64,000 nt of DNA, taken from NCBI GenBank assembly GCA_035948815.1, contig DASZIU010000062.1, positions 10,398 through 74,397 on the forward strand, in the 5' to 3' direction. Of this stretch, positions 36,838 through 46,945 are shown one piece after another (positions within the stretch are counted from its first letter, which is position 1; every line of letters begins with the position of its first letter). A program made the position numbers and the translations under genes. The notes beneath the pieces were generated by a model, which did no database searches, was not told the DNA's origin, and was given only the letters and a program-made list of their open reading frames with translations. This DNA comes from Solirubrobacteraceae bacterium (GTDB lineage Bacteria; Actinomycetota; Thermoleophilia; Solirubrobacterales; Solirubrobacteraceae).

Positions 36838-38847
36838 ATGCGACATGCAGACGCTGCCGTACAGTCGGGGCGCGGGCGGCCTCGACTCGGCCGCTGGGCG
36901 CCCCATCCGCAGCGCTGGATTCTCCAACGCCGCGCCGCTCGCGCTGATGGCGCCGCGTTTGCCTTTGGCCTGCGGCTGATCGCCACCGTGGCGCTCGCCT
37001 GCGGGCTGGTCGGCTTCCTCGGCTACTTCTTCCTGGAGCGGAGCCTCGCGCACCGGCAGATCTCGAGCTACGCGGCCACCCTGCGAGCGGATGCGAGAGC
37101 CTTCGAACTCGAGGCAGGGCCAGCTGCGAGCTCGACGGCGGAGGTCCTGCTCCGCATCGATCCGCTGCTAGATGCCGTCGCACACCGCCCCGGCACCAAG
37201 GAAGCTGTCCTGATCGGCCCGCAGCACGTGATCGTGCAGGCGCTCAACGATGCGCAGCGGGGATCGCGCGACGGCGGCGCGCGGATCGACGCCGCCCTGG
37301 CCCGCGGCTCGTCGTTCGCGGGCCATGAGAGCGGCGCCGGTCACGACCGACGCGACTTCGAGTTCGTCGTCCCCGTGAACCTGCCGGGCGGCCGGTACGC
37401 ATATGACGTCACCTACGACCACCGCACATACGATGCTCAGCTCGGTGAAGTACGGACGATCCTGCTGGCGGTCGGGCTGCTCGGCCTGCTCGGCGTCGGC
37501 GTCGTCTTCTACCTGGTCGGCGGTCGGCAGCTGATGCGCGACCATCGGATGAGCGTCCAGAGGGCCACGCGCGACGGGCTCACGGACCTCCCCAACCAGC
37601 GCGCCTTCCACGACGAGTTCCCCGACGCTGTCGCCGCGGCAGCTCGCTACGGAGACCCGCTCGCCCTGGTACTCCTGGACGTCGACGACTTCAAGCTCAC
37701 CAACGACCGTCACGGCCATCAGCAGGGAGATTCGGTCCTCAGGGTCGTCTCAGGGGTGCTGCGCTCCTCGAGGCCCGGCGACCGCCCCTACCGCATCGGC
37801 GGCGACGAGTTCGCGCTCTTGCTGGCGCACACCGACGTCGACGGCGCGCGGACGCTGGCCCGCCGGCTCTGTCGCAACTTCGCAGAAGCCGGCGTCGAGA
37901 TCAGCATGGGCGCCAGCGCTCTGCGCCCCGGCCTCTCGGCGGACACCCTGCATGCCGAGGCCGACACCGCGCTGTATGAGGCAAAGCGCCAGGGCGGAAA
38001 CCGCGCGGCGCATTTCGAGGACATACGCGAGCGCGTCGTGGTGACCACGACCGAGAAGAAGGAAGCGGTTCGCCGCCTGGTCGAGGAGGGACGCATCACG
38101 ACGGTCTTTCAGCCGATCTGGAACTTCGACGACGACAGGCTGCTCGGAGTCGAGGCGCTGACCCGCCCCGATCCGTCCTATGAACTCTCCGGACCCGCCG
38201 AGGCGTTCGACATCGCCGAGCAGATAGGTCAGGTGCACCAGCTCGACGTGCTCTGCGTGGACAGCGCGCTGCGGAGCGCTCCCGAGCTCGAGGACGGCGT
38301 GCTCCTGTTCCTCAACATCTCTCCCCTGACCCTCGACCTGGACGCCGAGGCCGAGGCCTGGCTGGGCCCCGCGGTGGAACGGGTGGGCCTGCGAGCAGAG
38401 GACGTCGTGCTCGAGGTCACCGAGCGCTTCGGCGGCCGCACGGCCTCGGTCGTCAAGAGACTGAAGCGTCTGCGCGAGCAAGGGTTCAAGATCGCGATCG
38501 ACGATGTGGGCACAGGCAACTCCGGTCTCGAGATGCTGCGCAGCATCGAGGCCGAGTTCGTCAAGCTCGACCGCAGCATCGTCACCGCCGCGGCGACCGA
38601 GCCAGGTGCTCGGGCCGTGCTGTTTGCGATGGCGACATTTGCCCGCCAGACCGGTGCGTTCGTGGTCGCCGAGGGCATCGAGGACGAGGACACGCTTCAG
38701 TTCCTGCGCACGATCAACGAACGCGACCTCTCCTCGAGCGCGATCATCCAGGGCGGACAGGGCTTCGGACTCGGGCGGCCCGCACCCAACCTCACGCCGC
38801 GCTCGCCACGCGCGCTCGATGACGCGGCCGCGCCGCAGGCCTCCTGA
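36838..38847 (+). CDS. Membrane diguanylate cyclase/phosphodiesterase (GGDEF-EAL)
   Basis: 2 TMs, DGLTDLPN, RPGD I-site, GGDEF, EAL, DDVGTG, EGIE. Confidence 0.92.
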   Translation: MRHADAAVQSGRGRPRLGRWAPHPQRWILQRRAARADGAAFAFGLRLIATVALACGLVGFLGYFFLERSLAHRQISSYAATLRADARAFELEAGPAASSTAEVLLRIDPLLDAVAHRPGTKEAVLIGPQHVIVQALNDAQRGSRDGGARIDAALARGSSFAGHESGAGHDRRDFEFVVPVNLPGGRYAYDVTYDHRTYDAQLGEVRTILLAVGLLGLLGVGVVFYLVGGRQLMRDHRMSVQRATRDGLTDLPNQRAFHDEFPDAVAAAARYGDPLALVLLDVDDFKLTNDRHGHQQGDSVLRVVSGVLRSSRPGDRPYRIGGDEFALLLAHTDVDGARTLARRLCRNFAEAGVEISMGASALRPGLSADTLHAEADTALYEAKRQGGNRAAHFEDIRERVVVTTTEKKEAVRRLVEEGRITTVFQPIWNFDDDRLLGVEALTRPDPSYELSGPAEAFDIAEQIGQVHQLDVLCVDSALRSAPELEDGVLLFLNISPLTLDLDAEAEAWLGPAVERVGLRAEDVVLEVTERFGGRTASVVKRLKRLREQGFKIAIDDVGTGNSGLEMLRSIEAEFVKLDRSIVTAAATEPGARAVLFAMATFARQTGAFVVAEGIEDEDTLQFLRTINERDLSSSAIIQGGQGFGLGRPAPNLTPRSPRALDDAAAPQAS

Positions 38848-38900
38848 GAGGCCCGGCGGGCACGCTTCGCGACACGAACAGCGCGCTCCCGCGCGACTGC

Positions 38901-39659
38901 TCAGCGCGGGGGCATTCTCAATGCCCCGTCGAGCCTGATCGTCTCGCCGTTGAGCATTCGGTTCTCGACGATCTGACAGGCCAACTGGGCGTACTCCTCC
39001 GGTTGCCCCAGGCGCGGGGGGAAGGGGATGCCCTCGCCGAGCTTCTGGCGCGCCTCCTCGGGCAGCGCGGCGAGCAGCGGCGGGTCGAACAGGCCCGGGG
39101 CGATCGTGTTCACCCGGATCCCGTACTGGGCGAGGTCGCGGGCGGCCGGGAGCGTCATCCCCACGACACCCCCCTTGGAGGCCGAGTAGGCGATCTGGCC
39201 GACCTGGCCATCGAAGGCGGCGATCGACGCGGTGTTGACGCACACGCCGCGTTCGCCGTCCTCGAGCGGCTCGCGCTCGATCATCGCCGTGGCTGCGAAG
39301 CGCAGCACGTTGAAGGTCCCGATCAGGTTGATCGAGACGATCGTCTCGAACGGGAGCAGAGGGTGGGGGCCCTTCGAGCTGGCGACCTTCTGCGCCCAGC
39401 CGGTGCCCGCGCAGCAGACCGCGATCCGCAGCCCCGCAGCCGCCGCGGCCCGCTCGACGGCGGCCTGCACCTGCTCCTCCTCACGGACGTCGCAGGGGAT
39501 GAACTCCAGTCCCAGCTCCGCGGCGAGGGCCTCGCCCTTCTCCGCGTTCACGTCGGCGATCGTCACGAGCGCGCCGCGCGCGTGGAGCGCCCTGACCGTG
39601 GCCTCGCCCAGCCCGGAGGCGCCTCCGACGACGATCGCCGGGCTTCCCTCGATCTCCAT
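38901..39659 (-). CDS. SDR family 3-hydroxyacyl-CoA dehydrogenase (HSD10-like)
   Basis: [27 protein letters not shown]. Confidence 0.92.
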   Translation of the reverse strand: MEIEGSPAIVVGGASGLGEATVRALHARGALVTIADVNAEKGEALAAELGLEFIPCDVREEEQVQAAVERAAAAAGLRIAVCCAGTGWAQKVASSKGPHPLLPFETIVSINLIGTFNVLRFAATAMIEREPLEDGERGVCVNTASIAAFDGQVGQIAYSASKGGVVGMTLPAARDLAQYGIRVNTIAPGLFDPPLLAALPEEARQKLGEGIPFPPRLGQPEEYAQLACQIVENRMLNGETIRLDGALRMPPR

Positions 39660-39676
39660 GGCGCGGGAGCCTACAG

Positions 39677-40684
39677 TCAGCCGGGCGCCGGCGGCGTGCG
39701 GCTCGAGAGGGTCAGCGCGAACATTCCCTCGGGGTCGGTCAGCCAGCGGACCAGCTCCATTCCGGCCGCCGACAGGTCCGACTGCAGCCGCGACGGGGTG
39801 AACTTGGCGCTGATCTCCGTCCGCAGCTCCTCGCCGGCGTCGAAGTGCACCGGCAGGTCGAGGTCACGGACGAGCGTCGTGTGCTCGCGACGGGCGCGGA
39901 GGCGCATCTCGATCCACTCGTTCTGGCGGTCGAACAACGCGACGTGCTCGAAGTCGTCTGGGTCGAAGTCGGCGCTCAGCTCGCGGTTGAGCACGCGCAG
40001 CACGTTGCGGTTGAACTCGGCCGTCACGCCCTGGGCGTCGTCGTAGGCGGCCTCGAGCACCTCCGGGTCCTTGACGAGGTCGGTGCCCATCAGCAGATGG
40101 TCCTCCGGGCCGAGCAGCCTTCCGATCTGCCGCAGCACGCGCCGGCGGCTGCCGGGAGGGAAGTTACCGATCGTCCCGCCGAGGAAGGCGACGATCCGAG
40201 GTCCGATGGCAGGGGGTATGCGGTCGAGGTGACGCTCGAAGTCGCCGATCACCCCATGAACCCGCAGGCCCGGGTACTCCTGGGTGAGCTCCTCGGCGCA
40301 ATCGCGCACCATCTGCTCGGTCACGTCCACCGGCACGTAGCGGCGCAGCGTGCCGGCGGCGTGCAGGGCGTCGAGCAGGACGCGCGTCTTTGCGGCCGTC
40401 CCCGAGCCGAGCTCGACGAGCTCGACGGCACCGGTGAGGGCGGCCAGCTCCGGCGAGCTCTGCTCGAGTATCGCCCGCTCGGCCCGCGTCGGGTAGTACT
40501 CGGGCAGGTCGCAGATCCGGTCGAACAGCTCCGCTCCGCGTGCGTCGTAGAAGTGCTTCGGCGGGAGCTCCTTGAATGGCCGCGTCAGCCCGTCGAGGAC
40601 GTCCTCGGCGAGTGAGCGTTCGTGGGCGCCGTCGAGGTGCGAGTCGATGCGGATCAGCTCGTCCGCGCCGGCCAAGGGCTTCAT
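39677..40684 (-). CDS. egtD: L-histidine N-alpha-methyltransferase
   Basis: [47 protein letters not shown]. Confidence 0.93.
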   Translation of the reverse strand: MKPLAGADELIRIDSHLDGAHERSLAEDVLDGLTRPFKELPPKHFYDARGAELFDRICDLPEYYPTRAERAILEQSSPELAALTGAVELVELGSGTAAKTRVLLDALHAAGTLRRYVPVDVTEQMVRDCAEELTQEYPGLRVHGVIGDFERHLDRIPPAIGPRIVAFLGGTIGNFPPGSRRRVLRQIGRLLGPEDHLLMGTDLVKDPEVLEAAYDDAQGVTAEFNRNVLRVLNRELSADFDPDDFEHVALFDRQNEWIEMRLRARREHTTLVRDLDLPVHFDAGEELRTEISAKFTPSRLQSDLSAAGMELVRWLTDPEGMFALTLSSRTPPAPG

Positions 40685-41898
40685 GAGGCGTCCCTGGCCA
40701 GGCGAACGCCCGCGAATATCTGGCGGCGCTGTGGCAGGTCCCAGTTGCGGAACCTCGTCGTGCGGACGCGGCCGCTCGTCGCCCAAGACCCGCCGCGCAG
40801 GACCCGGTGCTCGCGGCCGAAGAAGACTTCGGAGTACTCGCGGTAGGGGTGAGGGGCGAAGCCGGGGTAGCCTCCGAAATGGCTGGCCGTCCACTCCCAC
40901 ACCCGCCAGACTCCGTCGAGCGCGCCGGCCTTCCCGGCCCTCGCGCCAAGCTCTCGGCTCTCCGCCCGCCCCCGTTGGTCCGGACGGCTCGGCGCCGGAT
41001 CGCCCTCCTGGTCCCAGGTCGCCGCCTTCTCCCACTCGGCCTCTGTCGGAAGTCGGGCTCCGTGGGCTCTGGCGAAGGCGTCGGCCTCGAACCAGGACAC
41101 GTGGCAGGCAGCCGCAAGCGGGTGGCCCGCCGCCAAGGCGGGATGATGCGTGATGTCGTACTCCTCCTTCCAGTGCCATCCCTCGTCCGACCACCACTCG
41201 CGACGCTCGTAGCCACCGCCCTCGCAGAAGCGCATCCAGCTCGCGTTCGTCACCGGGCGCCGGGAGATCCGGAAGGACGGCACCTCGACGGCATGGCGTG
41301 GCCGCTCGTTGTCGTATGCGAAGCCCGCCTGGCCGCTGCCCATGGCGAATGCGCCGGCTGGGATCTCCACCCACTCCTCGGGCTCCTCGGCGCCCGCGAG
41401 GGGCTCGTCGATCAGCGAAAGGTCGGCAGCCGGGAGCAGACTGGCGATGGCCATCGTCTGGCGCATCGTCTCGCTGTGTTGGAGCTCGTGGCGCAGCACC
41501 ATCTCGAAGACCGTGCCGTCCCCGACGCCTCGGTCGACGAGCATCGTGGCGATGCGCTCGCGCACGGCCCGGAGGTACTCGAACGCCGGCGCCGGTGCGA
41601 GCAGCTCGATCTCGCCGCGGACCGAGCGGGGCGTCTCGAAGGCGTCGTAGAGCTCGGTCAGCTCGGGGCGCAGCAGCGGCATGCCGCCGTGACGGTGCGC
41701 AAGCCAGAGGTCCTCGTAGGCGGCGATGTGACCGAGGTCCCAGACGAGCGGGCTCATGATCGGCGAGTGCACACGCTCGAGGTCGGGCTCGGAGATGTGC
41801 GCGACCAGCGCCAGCGTCCGCTCGCGCGCCTCGTTGATCGCTTCAAGCGCAGGCCGGGCGCGGTCCGCGGGGGCAGAGATCTTCTCTGTGGCTGCCAC
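40681..41898 (-). CDS. egtB: Ergothioneine sulfoxide synthase
   Basis: SPLVWDLGHI, HELQHSET iron motif, FGE domain, RNWDLPQRRQIFAG; ORF open to 41910. Confidence 0.9.
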   Translation of the reverse strand: MAATEKISAPADRARPALEAINEARERTLALVAHISEPDLERVHSPIMSPLVWDLGHIAAYEDLWLAHRHGGMPLLRPELTELYDAFETPRSVRGEIELLAPAPAFEYLRAVRERIATMLVDRGVGDGTVFEMVLRHELQHSETMRQTMAIASLLPAADLSLIDEPLAGAEEPEEWVEIPAGAFAMGSGQAGFAYDNERPRHAVEVPSFRISRRPVTNASWMRFCEGGGYERREWWSDEGWHWKEEYDITHHPALAAGHPLAAACHVSWFEADAFARAHGARLPTEAEWEKAATWDQEGDPAPSRPDQRGRAESRELGARAGKAGALDGVWRVWEWTASHFGGYPGFAPHPYREYSEVFFGREHRVLRGGSWATSGRVRTTRFRNWDLPQRRQIFAGVRLARDAS

Positions 41899-41963
41899 GA
41901 CCCGGCCCACTCTAGAACGTGGGCGCGCCCGGCGGGGGCCGTTGCGGGAGAGTTAATAGGACG

Positions 41964-42584
41964 TTAACTCGGGAGGGCCGGCTGCGCGGCACCCGCGCCC
42001 GTCTCGTTCCACAGCGAGAGAACCCGCGTCTCGCGCTCATGCCCGAGCACGCTGATCGCCCCGGCCGACAGGCCGAGACGGCCGCCCTCGCGTGGCGGGA
42101 GCTCGATCCACCGTGCCCCGATGACGCGAAGCATGTGGCCGTGCGAGAAGACGGCCACCGCGCCATGGGCCTGTGACACGGCGGCGATCACGCGATCCGC
42201 GCGTGCGCCGACCTGGTCGGGGCTCTCGCCACCCGGGCAGCCGTCCCGCCACAGGTCCCAGTCGGGGCGGCGGGCGCGGATCTCGTCGGTCGTGAGCCCC
42301 TCGTACTCGCCGTAGTCCCACTCGTGGAGATCGTCGAGCACCTCCGCCCGCTCGCCGAGTCCGCTCAGATCGCACGTTTCACGGGCCCGCTTCAGCGGAC
42401 TCACGAGCACCCGCTCGAAGCGCCAGCGCCTCAGCCGGGGGGCGAGCGCCCGTGCGGTCGCGCGCCCTGCGTCGGTGAGCGGGATGTCGGTCAGGCCGGT
42501 GTGCCGGCCGGTGCGGCTCCACTCCGTCTCTGCGTGGCGCACGAGCACGAGCGCCACCGCCGCGTCGGGAGCGGCTGAGCTCAT
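41964..42584 (-). CDS. Histidine phosphatase family protein
   Basis: LVRHAET, EWDYGEYEG, FSHGH. Confidence 0.9.
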   Translation of the reverse strand: MSSAAPDAAVALVLVRHAETEWSRTGRHTGLTDIPLTDAGRATARALAPRLRRWRFERVLVSPLKRARETCDLSGLGERAEVLDDLHEWDYGEYEGLTTDEIRARRPDWDLWRDGCPGGESPDQVGARADRVIAAVSQAHGAVAVFSHGHMLRVIGARWIELPPREGGRLGLSAGAISVLGHERETRVLSLWNETGAGAAQPALPS

Positions 42585-43300
42585 TGGTGTGGTCCTCGAG
42601 GCGCGGCGGCGTCGTCGACGATCACGGTCAGCCGCTCACGCCTGAGCAGGCTCGCCGGCACGTGATCGCTTACAGGCCCCAGCATCGCGTCGACCGCGTC
42701 CGCCTTCCCCGCCCCGGTGGCCAGGAGCAGGCAACGGCGCGCGGCACGCAGGACGCCGAGGCTCAGCGTGATCCGCTCGGGTGGGGGCTTTGGCGAGTCG
42801 TGCACGCCCAGACAGACGGCATCCTCGGGAGCATCCAACAGCGGCGAGCCGGGGAACAGCGAGGCCACATGTCCGTCGGGGCCGATCCCCAGGACGATCA
42901 GATCGAGGACCGGCAGAGATCGCTCCCGCTCGCGCACCCCCTCCTCGAGCGCCTTCGCGTAACGGCGCGCTCCCTCGTCGGGGCCCGCCTCGCCCTCCAT
43001 CCGATGCACGAGCTCGGGCGCGATGCCCGCGGGTACCAGCAGGCTCTCGGCGACCAGCCGGTAGTTGCTCTGCTCATCCTCGGGCGCCACGCAGCGCTCG
43101 TCGGCGAACCAGATCTCGGTCGCCGAGAGCTCGGAGGGCTCGGCGGCGAGCCGCGCGTAGGTTCCCCGGGGGGTGCTCCCGCCGCTCAGCGCGATGTGAG
43201 CGACCTCACGCTCAGAGCGCACGCGCGCGAGGAATCGCGCCACCTCCGCCGCCGCGCGCTCGGCGACGGCCTCGGCGTCGGCACAGGTCGTCAGTCTCAT
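42581..43300 (-). CDS. pgl: 6-phosphogluconolactonase
   Basis: ALSGGSTP, DERCV, LGIGPDGHVASLFP, PKPPPERITL. Confidence 0.95.
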   Translation of the reverse strand: MRLTTCADAEAVAERAAAEVARFLARVRSEREVAHIALSGGSTPRGTYARLAAEPSELSATEIWFADERCVAPEDEQSNYRLVAESLLVPAGIAPELVHRMEGEAGPDEGARRYAKALEEGVRERERSLPVLDLIVLGIGPDGHVASLFPGSPLLDAPEDAVCLGVHDSPKPPPERITLSLGVLRAARRCLLLATGAGKADAVDAMLGPVSDHVPASLLRRERLTVIVDDAAAPRGPHQ

Positions 43301-43316
43301 CGTCCTCCCCCACGTG

Positions 43317-44378
43317 CTAGGGGAGCATCTCCTGCGCCGCGCTCAACGCCGGGACGTAGGTCGGGTCTCGCAGCAGCGACTGGCGGATCCCCTCGCCGAG
43401 GATCCCCCCCTCGCCGCGCGATGCCCCCGCGATCCTCCACGTGCGTTCCTCGCCCGTGCGGTCCCGCGCGTGCGCCAGCAGGCCGCCCGGGCCACGGTCC
43501 AGGCTGAGCTCCCTGCCGGATGCGGTCCCCAGCGTCAAGCCCTCGAGGCCGCGCACCTGAAGCTCCGGCGCCGCCTCGAGGCGCAACGCGACGTCCTGGC
43601 GGCTCGCGTGTGCCTTGCCGAGCAGCGCCTCGCCGCGCGTCACCAGCGGGCTCGGCTTCCACCGCAGGCGCGAGGCGAGCCAGCCCGCCAGGAGCATCGC
43701 GCTGACGGTCGAGTCGGGGTGGTGTCGCACGGTGACGCGTTCGATCGCGCGCAGTTCCGTGCGACGTGGCGGCGGGTCGAAGCTCGCGGCGACGCGCTCC
43801 CGCCAGGGCATCGATCGCAGCCACGCGAGATCGACGACGTAGGCCTGGGTGCTCAGCTTGCACGCACGGTCGACCGCATCGCGCCAGACGGGCTCGTCGA
43901 TCGAGTCGACGAGCACCGCCTGCGCGAGGGCGAGCAGGATCTCGACCATGTCGTGATGTCCGTGCGGCGACCACAGCAGCGTCGGCAGGTCCGTGACGAC
44001 GAGCGGGTCGGCGATCGTCAGGAGGTCGTCGAGATGGCGATCGCCGAGTTCCACGACCACGGTCTCGCGCAGCAGGCCGAACTGTCCGGGCGCCGGATCC
44101 TCGTCGGAGACGATCGTGACACGCGCGTCGAGGCGCTCCCTCCGCGGCTCGTAGGCGAGCACGAGCAGGCGCGAGGGGCTGTAGCGGCCGACGGCTCGAA
44201 GGCGGTTGGCGATCTCGCCGCTCCATTCGCGATCGACGAACGCGATCATGTTCAGCACGCGTGCCGGAACGAAGGACTCGTTTTCGGTGTGGCGCTGGAT
44301 CAGCAGCTGGCGAAGCGCCTCTTCGATCGCGTCGGGGGTCGTGCCCTGGGCGCTCCAGACTGCGTCGGTGCGCGCCAT
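43317..44378 (-). CDS. opcA: Glucose-6-phosphate dehydrogenase assembly protein
   Basis: Position between zwf and pgl; PSR, DLPTLLW, DLAWLR..PWR, LLAGWLASRL; TGATG overlap with zwf. Confidence 0.85.
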   Translation of the reverse strand: MARTDAVWSAQGTTPDAIEEALRQLLIQRHTENESFVPARVLNMIAFVDREWSGEIANRLRAVGRYSPSRLLVLAYEPRRERLDARVTIVSDEDPAPGQFGLLRETVVVELGDRHLDDLLTIADPLVVTDLPTLLWSPHGHHDMVEILLALAQAVLVDSIDEPVWRDAVDRACKLSTQAYVVDLAWLRSMPWRERVAASFDPPPRRTELRAIERVTVRHHPDSTVSAMLLAGWLASRLRWKPSPLVTRGEALLGKAHASRQDVALRLEAAPELQVRGLEGLTLGTASGRELSLDRGPGGLLAHARDRTGEERTWRIAGASRGEGGILGEGIRQSLLRDPTYVPALSAAQEMLP

Positions 44379-45928
44379 CAGATCGCGCGCCAGCGGTGGC
44401 CCTCGCGAAGCAGGCCCGCGGCCTCCTCGGGTCCCTGTGAGCCGGCTTCGTAGGAGGCGAGCTCCGCGCGCGTGGAGGCCCAGAGTTTCTCGATCGGATC
44501 GCAGATGCGCCACTGCGCCTCGATCTCGTCGTTGCGCGTGAACAGCGTTGCGTCGCCGCGCATCGCGTCGGTGATCAGGCGCTCATAGGCCTCCGGCGAC
44601 TGCGACAGGAAGGACGTTCCGTAGAGGAACTCCATGTTGACCGGGCGGATCGCCATGCGCGTGCCGGGTATCTTCGCGACCAGGCTGAGCGATACGCCCT
44701 CGTTCGGCTGGATCGTGAGCACGAGCTGATTCGGCTGCACCCCCAGGGATCCCGCCTGGCTGAAGGCGAGGTGCGGCACCGGCTTGAGCGTGACGGCGAT
44801 CTCGGTGAGCTTGCGGGCCAGGCGCTTTCCGGTGCGCAGGTAGAAGGGCACGCCGGCCCAGCGCCAGTTGTCGACCTCCAGGCGCAGGGCCGCGTAGGTC
44901 TCCGTGGCCGAGTCCGCGGGCACGCCCTCCTCTTCGGTGTAGCCGGGCACGTCCTCGCCGCCGGAGTGGCCCTTCGTGTACTGGGCGCGAACGGCCATCT
45001 CCGGAATGTCCTCCGGCGTCGGCTCGGGAATCGACTGCAGGACCTTGACCTTCTCGTTGCGCACCCCTTCGGCGGTGAAGCTGACCGGCGGCTCCATCGC
45101 CACATGGCAGAGCAGCTGCAGCATGTGGTTCTGGATCAGGTCGCGAAGTGCACCGGATTTGTCGTAGTAGGCGGCGCGGCCTTCGATTCCGACGTCCTCG
45201 GCCGCGGTGATCTGGACGTAGTCGATGTAGTTGCGGTTCCAGAACGGCTCGAACATGCCGTTGGCGAACCTGAACGCCATCATGTTCTGGACGGTCTCCT
45301 TGCCCAGGTAATGGTCGATTCGGTAGACCTGGGTCTCGTGGAAGATCGAGAGCACCCGGCGGTTGAGCTCGCGTGCCTCCTCGAGCGAGGTGCCGAACGG
45401 CTTCTCGATGATCACGCGGACCTCCGCGTGCGGGTGGCGGGCCAGCTTGGAGCGGCCGAGCTCTTCGACGATCAACGCGAAGAAGCTCGGGTCGGTGGCG
45501 AGGTAGAACGCCCTGTTGAGCGGTTCGCCGGCCTCGCGCTCGGACTCGTCGAGCAGTTTGTGTAGCCCCGCGTAGATGCTGTCGTCGTCGAAGGTGCCCG
45601 GCACGTACTTGACGTTTTCGAGCAGGATCTTGAGGACATCCTCGTCGGGCGGACGCCGCGAGAAGCGCCGGATCGCCTGCTCGCATTCGGCGCGGTAGTC
45701 CTCGTGGGCTTTTTCTTTTCGCGCCACGCCGACGAGGTGGAAGCGCTCGGGGAGAGCGCCGTCGTGGGCCAGGTTGTAGAGCGCAGGGAGCAGTTTTCGC
45801 CGCGCCAGATCGCCGGTCGCGCCGAACAGCACGAGCGTCGTCGGCGGTACCGGCAGGCGCTCGAGTCCCTCTATCAGCGGGTTCTCGGCTCCCGGCCGTG
45901 CGGTTGGGCGCCCGGCTGCAACGGCCAC
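44378..45928 (-). CDS. zwf: Glucose-6-phosphate 1-dehydrogenase
   Basis: GATGDLA, EKPFG, RIDHYLGKE, WAGVPFYLRTGK. Confidence 0.97.
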   Translation of the reverse strand: MAVAAGRPTARPGAENPLIEGLERLPVPPTTLVLFGATGDLARRKLLPALYNLAHDGALPERFHLVGVARKEKAHEDYRAECEQAIRRFSRRPPDEDVLKILLENVKYVPGTFDDDSIYAGLHKLLDESEREAGEPLNRAFYLATDPSFFALIVEELGRSKLARHPHAEVRVIIEKPFGTSLEEARELNRRVLSIFHETQVYRIDHYLGKETVQNMMAFRFANGMFEPFWNRNYIDYVQITAAEDVGIEGRAAYYDKSGALRDLIQNHMLQLLCHVAMEPPVSFTAEGVRNEKVKVLQSIPEPTPEDIPEMAVRAQYTKGHSGGEDVPGYTEEEGVPADSATETYAALRLEVDNWRWAGVPFYLRTGKRLARKLTEIAVTLKPVPHLAFSQAGSLGVQPNQLVLTIQPNEGVSLSLVAKIPGTRMAIRPVNMEFLYGTSFLSQSPEAYERLITDAMRGDATLFTRNDEIEAQWRICDPIEKLWASTRAELASYEAGSQGPEEAAGLLREGHRWRAI

Positions 45929-46945
45929 TCAGCCGCCTCCCCGCGCCCGCGTCGCCCGTCGCGCCACGGCCTTCCGCGCTGCTCCCCCGGCGGTGCTCGA
46001 GCCGGAAGGCGCGCTCTTGACCGCGTGGCCGCCGAACTGGTTGCGCAACGCCGCGAGCACGCGGTCGGCGAACTCGCCGTTGCCGCGCGAGCGAAAGCGG
46101 GCGTAGAGCGAGGCGGTTATCACGGGGGTCGGGACGTCGTGCGCCGTCGCGTCTTCGATCGTCCAGCGTCCCTCGCCAGAGTCCTCGGTGTATCCCTCGA
46201 TCTTGTCGAGCTCGTTGCCGTCCTCTTCGAATGCACGCGCGGCGAGTTCGCACAGCCACGAGCGGACGACCGAGCCCTGCCCCCACAGATGCGCAATCTT
46301 GGCGTTGTCGAGCTCGTACTCGGACTTGTCGAAGATTTCAAAGCCCTCGGCATACGCCTGCATGAGCCCGTACTCGACGCCGTTGTGGACCATCTTCACG
46401 TAGTGGCCCGCGCCCGATGGACCGAAGTGCATCCAGCCTCGAGGGCCGATCGCGGCGCGGCTCTGCTCACTGGTCTCGGGCGCCAGCACATCCAGGATCG
46501 GACTCAGTCGCTTGACCCCTTTCTGCGGTCCTCCCACCATCATGCAGTACCCCACCTCCAGGCCCCACACGCCCCCGGAGACGCCCACGTCGACGTATTC
46601 GATCCCCTGGCGTCTGAGCTGCTGGCTGCGCCGCTTGTCGTCGGTCCAGCGTGAGTTGCCGCCGTCGACGATCAGATCCCCCCGATCGAGAAGCTTGGAG
46701 AGCTTTTCGACGGTTGCCTCGGTGGGCCCGCCGGCCGGCAGCATGAGCCAGACCATGCGCGGCGGCTGCAGCTTCCTGACCAGGTCCCTCAGCGAGCCCG
46801 CGCCGATCGCGCCGTTTTTGACCGCCCGCTGCACCGAGCTCTCGCTGCGGGCGTACCCGACCACCTCATGGTCGGAGTCCCGCCGGATGCGGTGAGCCAT
46901 GTTCCCGCCCATCTTGCCCAGCCCGACGAAGCCGATCTGCGTCAC
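45929..46945 (-). CDS. gnd: 6-phosphogluconate dehydrogenase (decarboxylating, short YqeC-like form)
   Basis: GLGKMG, DGGNS, SGGVWG, KMVHNGVEY, DSGEGRWT, RNQFGGH. Confidence 0.95.
   Translation of the reverse strand: MTQIGFVGLGKMGGNMAHRIRRDSDHEVVGYARSESSVQRAVKNGAIGAGSLRDLVRKLQPPRMVWLMLPAGGPTEATVEKLSKLLDRGDLIVDGGNSRWTDDKRRSQQLRRQGIEYVDVGVSGGVWGLEVGYCMMVGGPQKGVKRLSPILDVLAPETSEQSRAAIGPRGWMHFGPSGAGHYVKMVHNGVEYGLMQAYAEGFEIFDKSEYELDNAKIAHLWGQGSVVRSWLCELAARAFEEDGNELDKIEGYTEDSGEGRWTIEDATAHDVPTPVITASLYARFRSRGNGEFADRVLAALRNQFGGHAVKSAPSGSSTAGGAARKAVARRATRARGGG

Noticed and set aside
40681-41898. Selenoneine synthase SenA instead of EgtB
   Set aside because: No senB glycosyltransferase or selD/senC nearby, and the gene is directly coupled to egtD.
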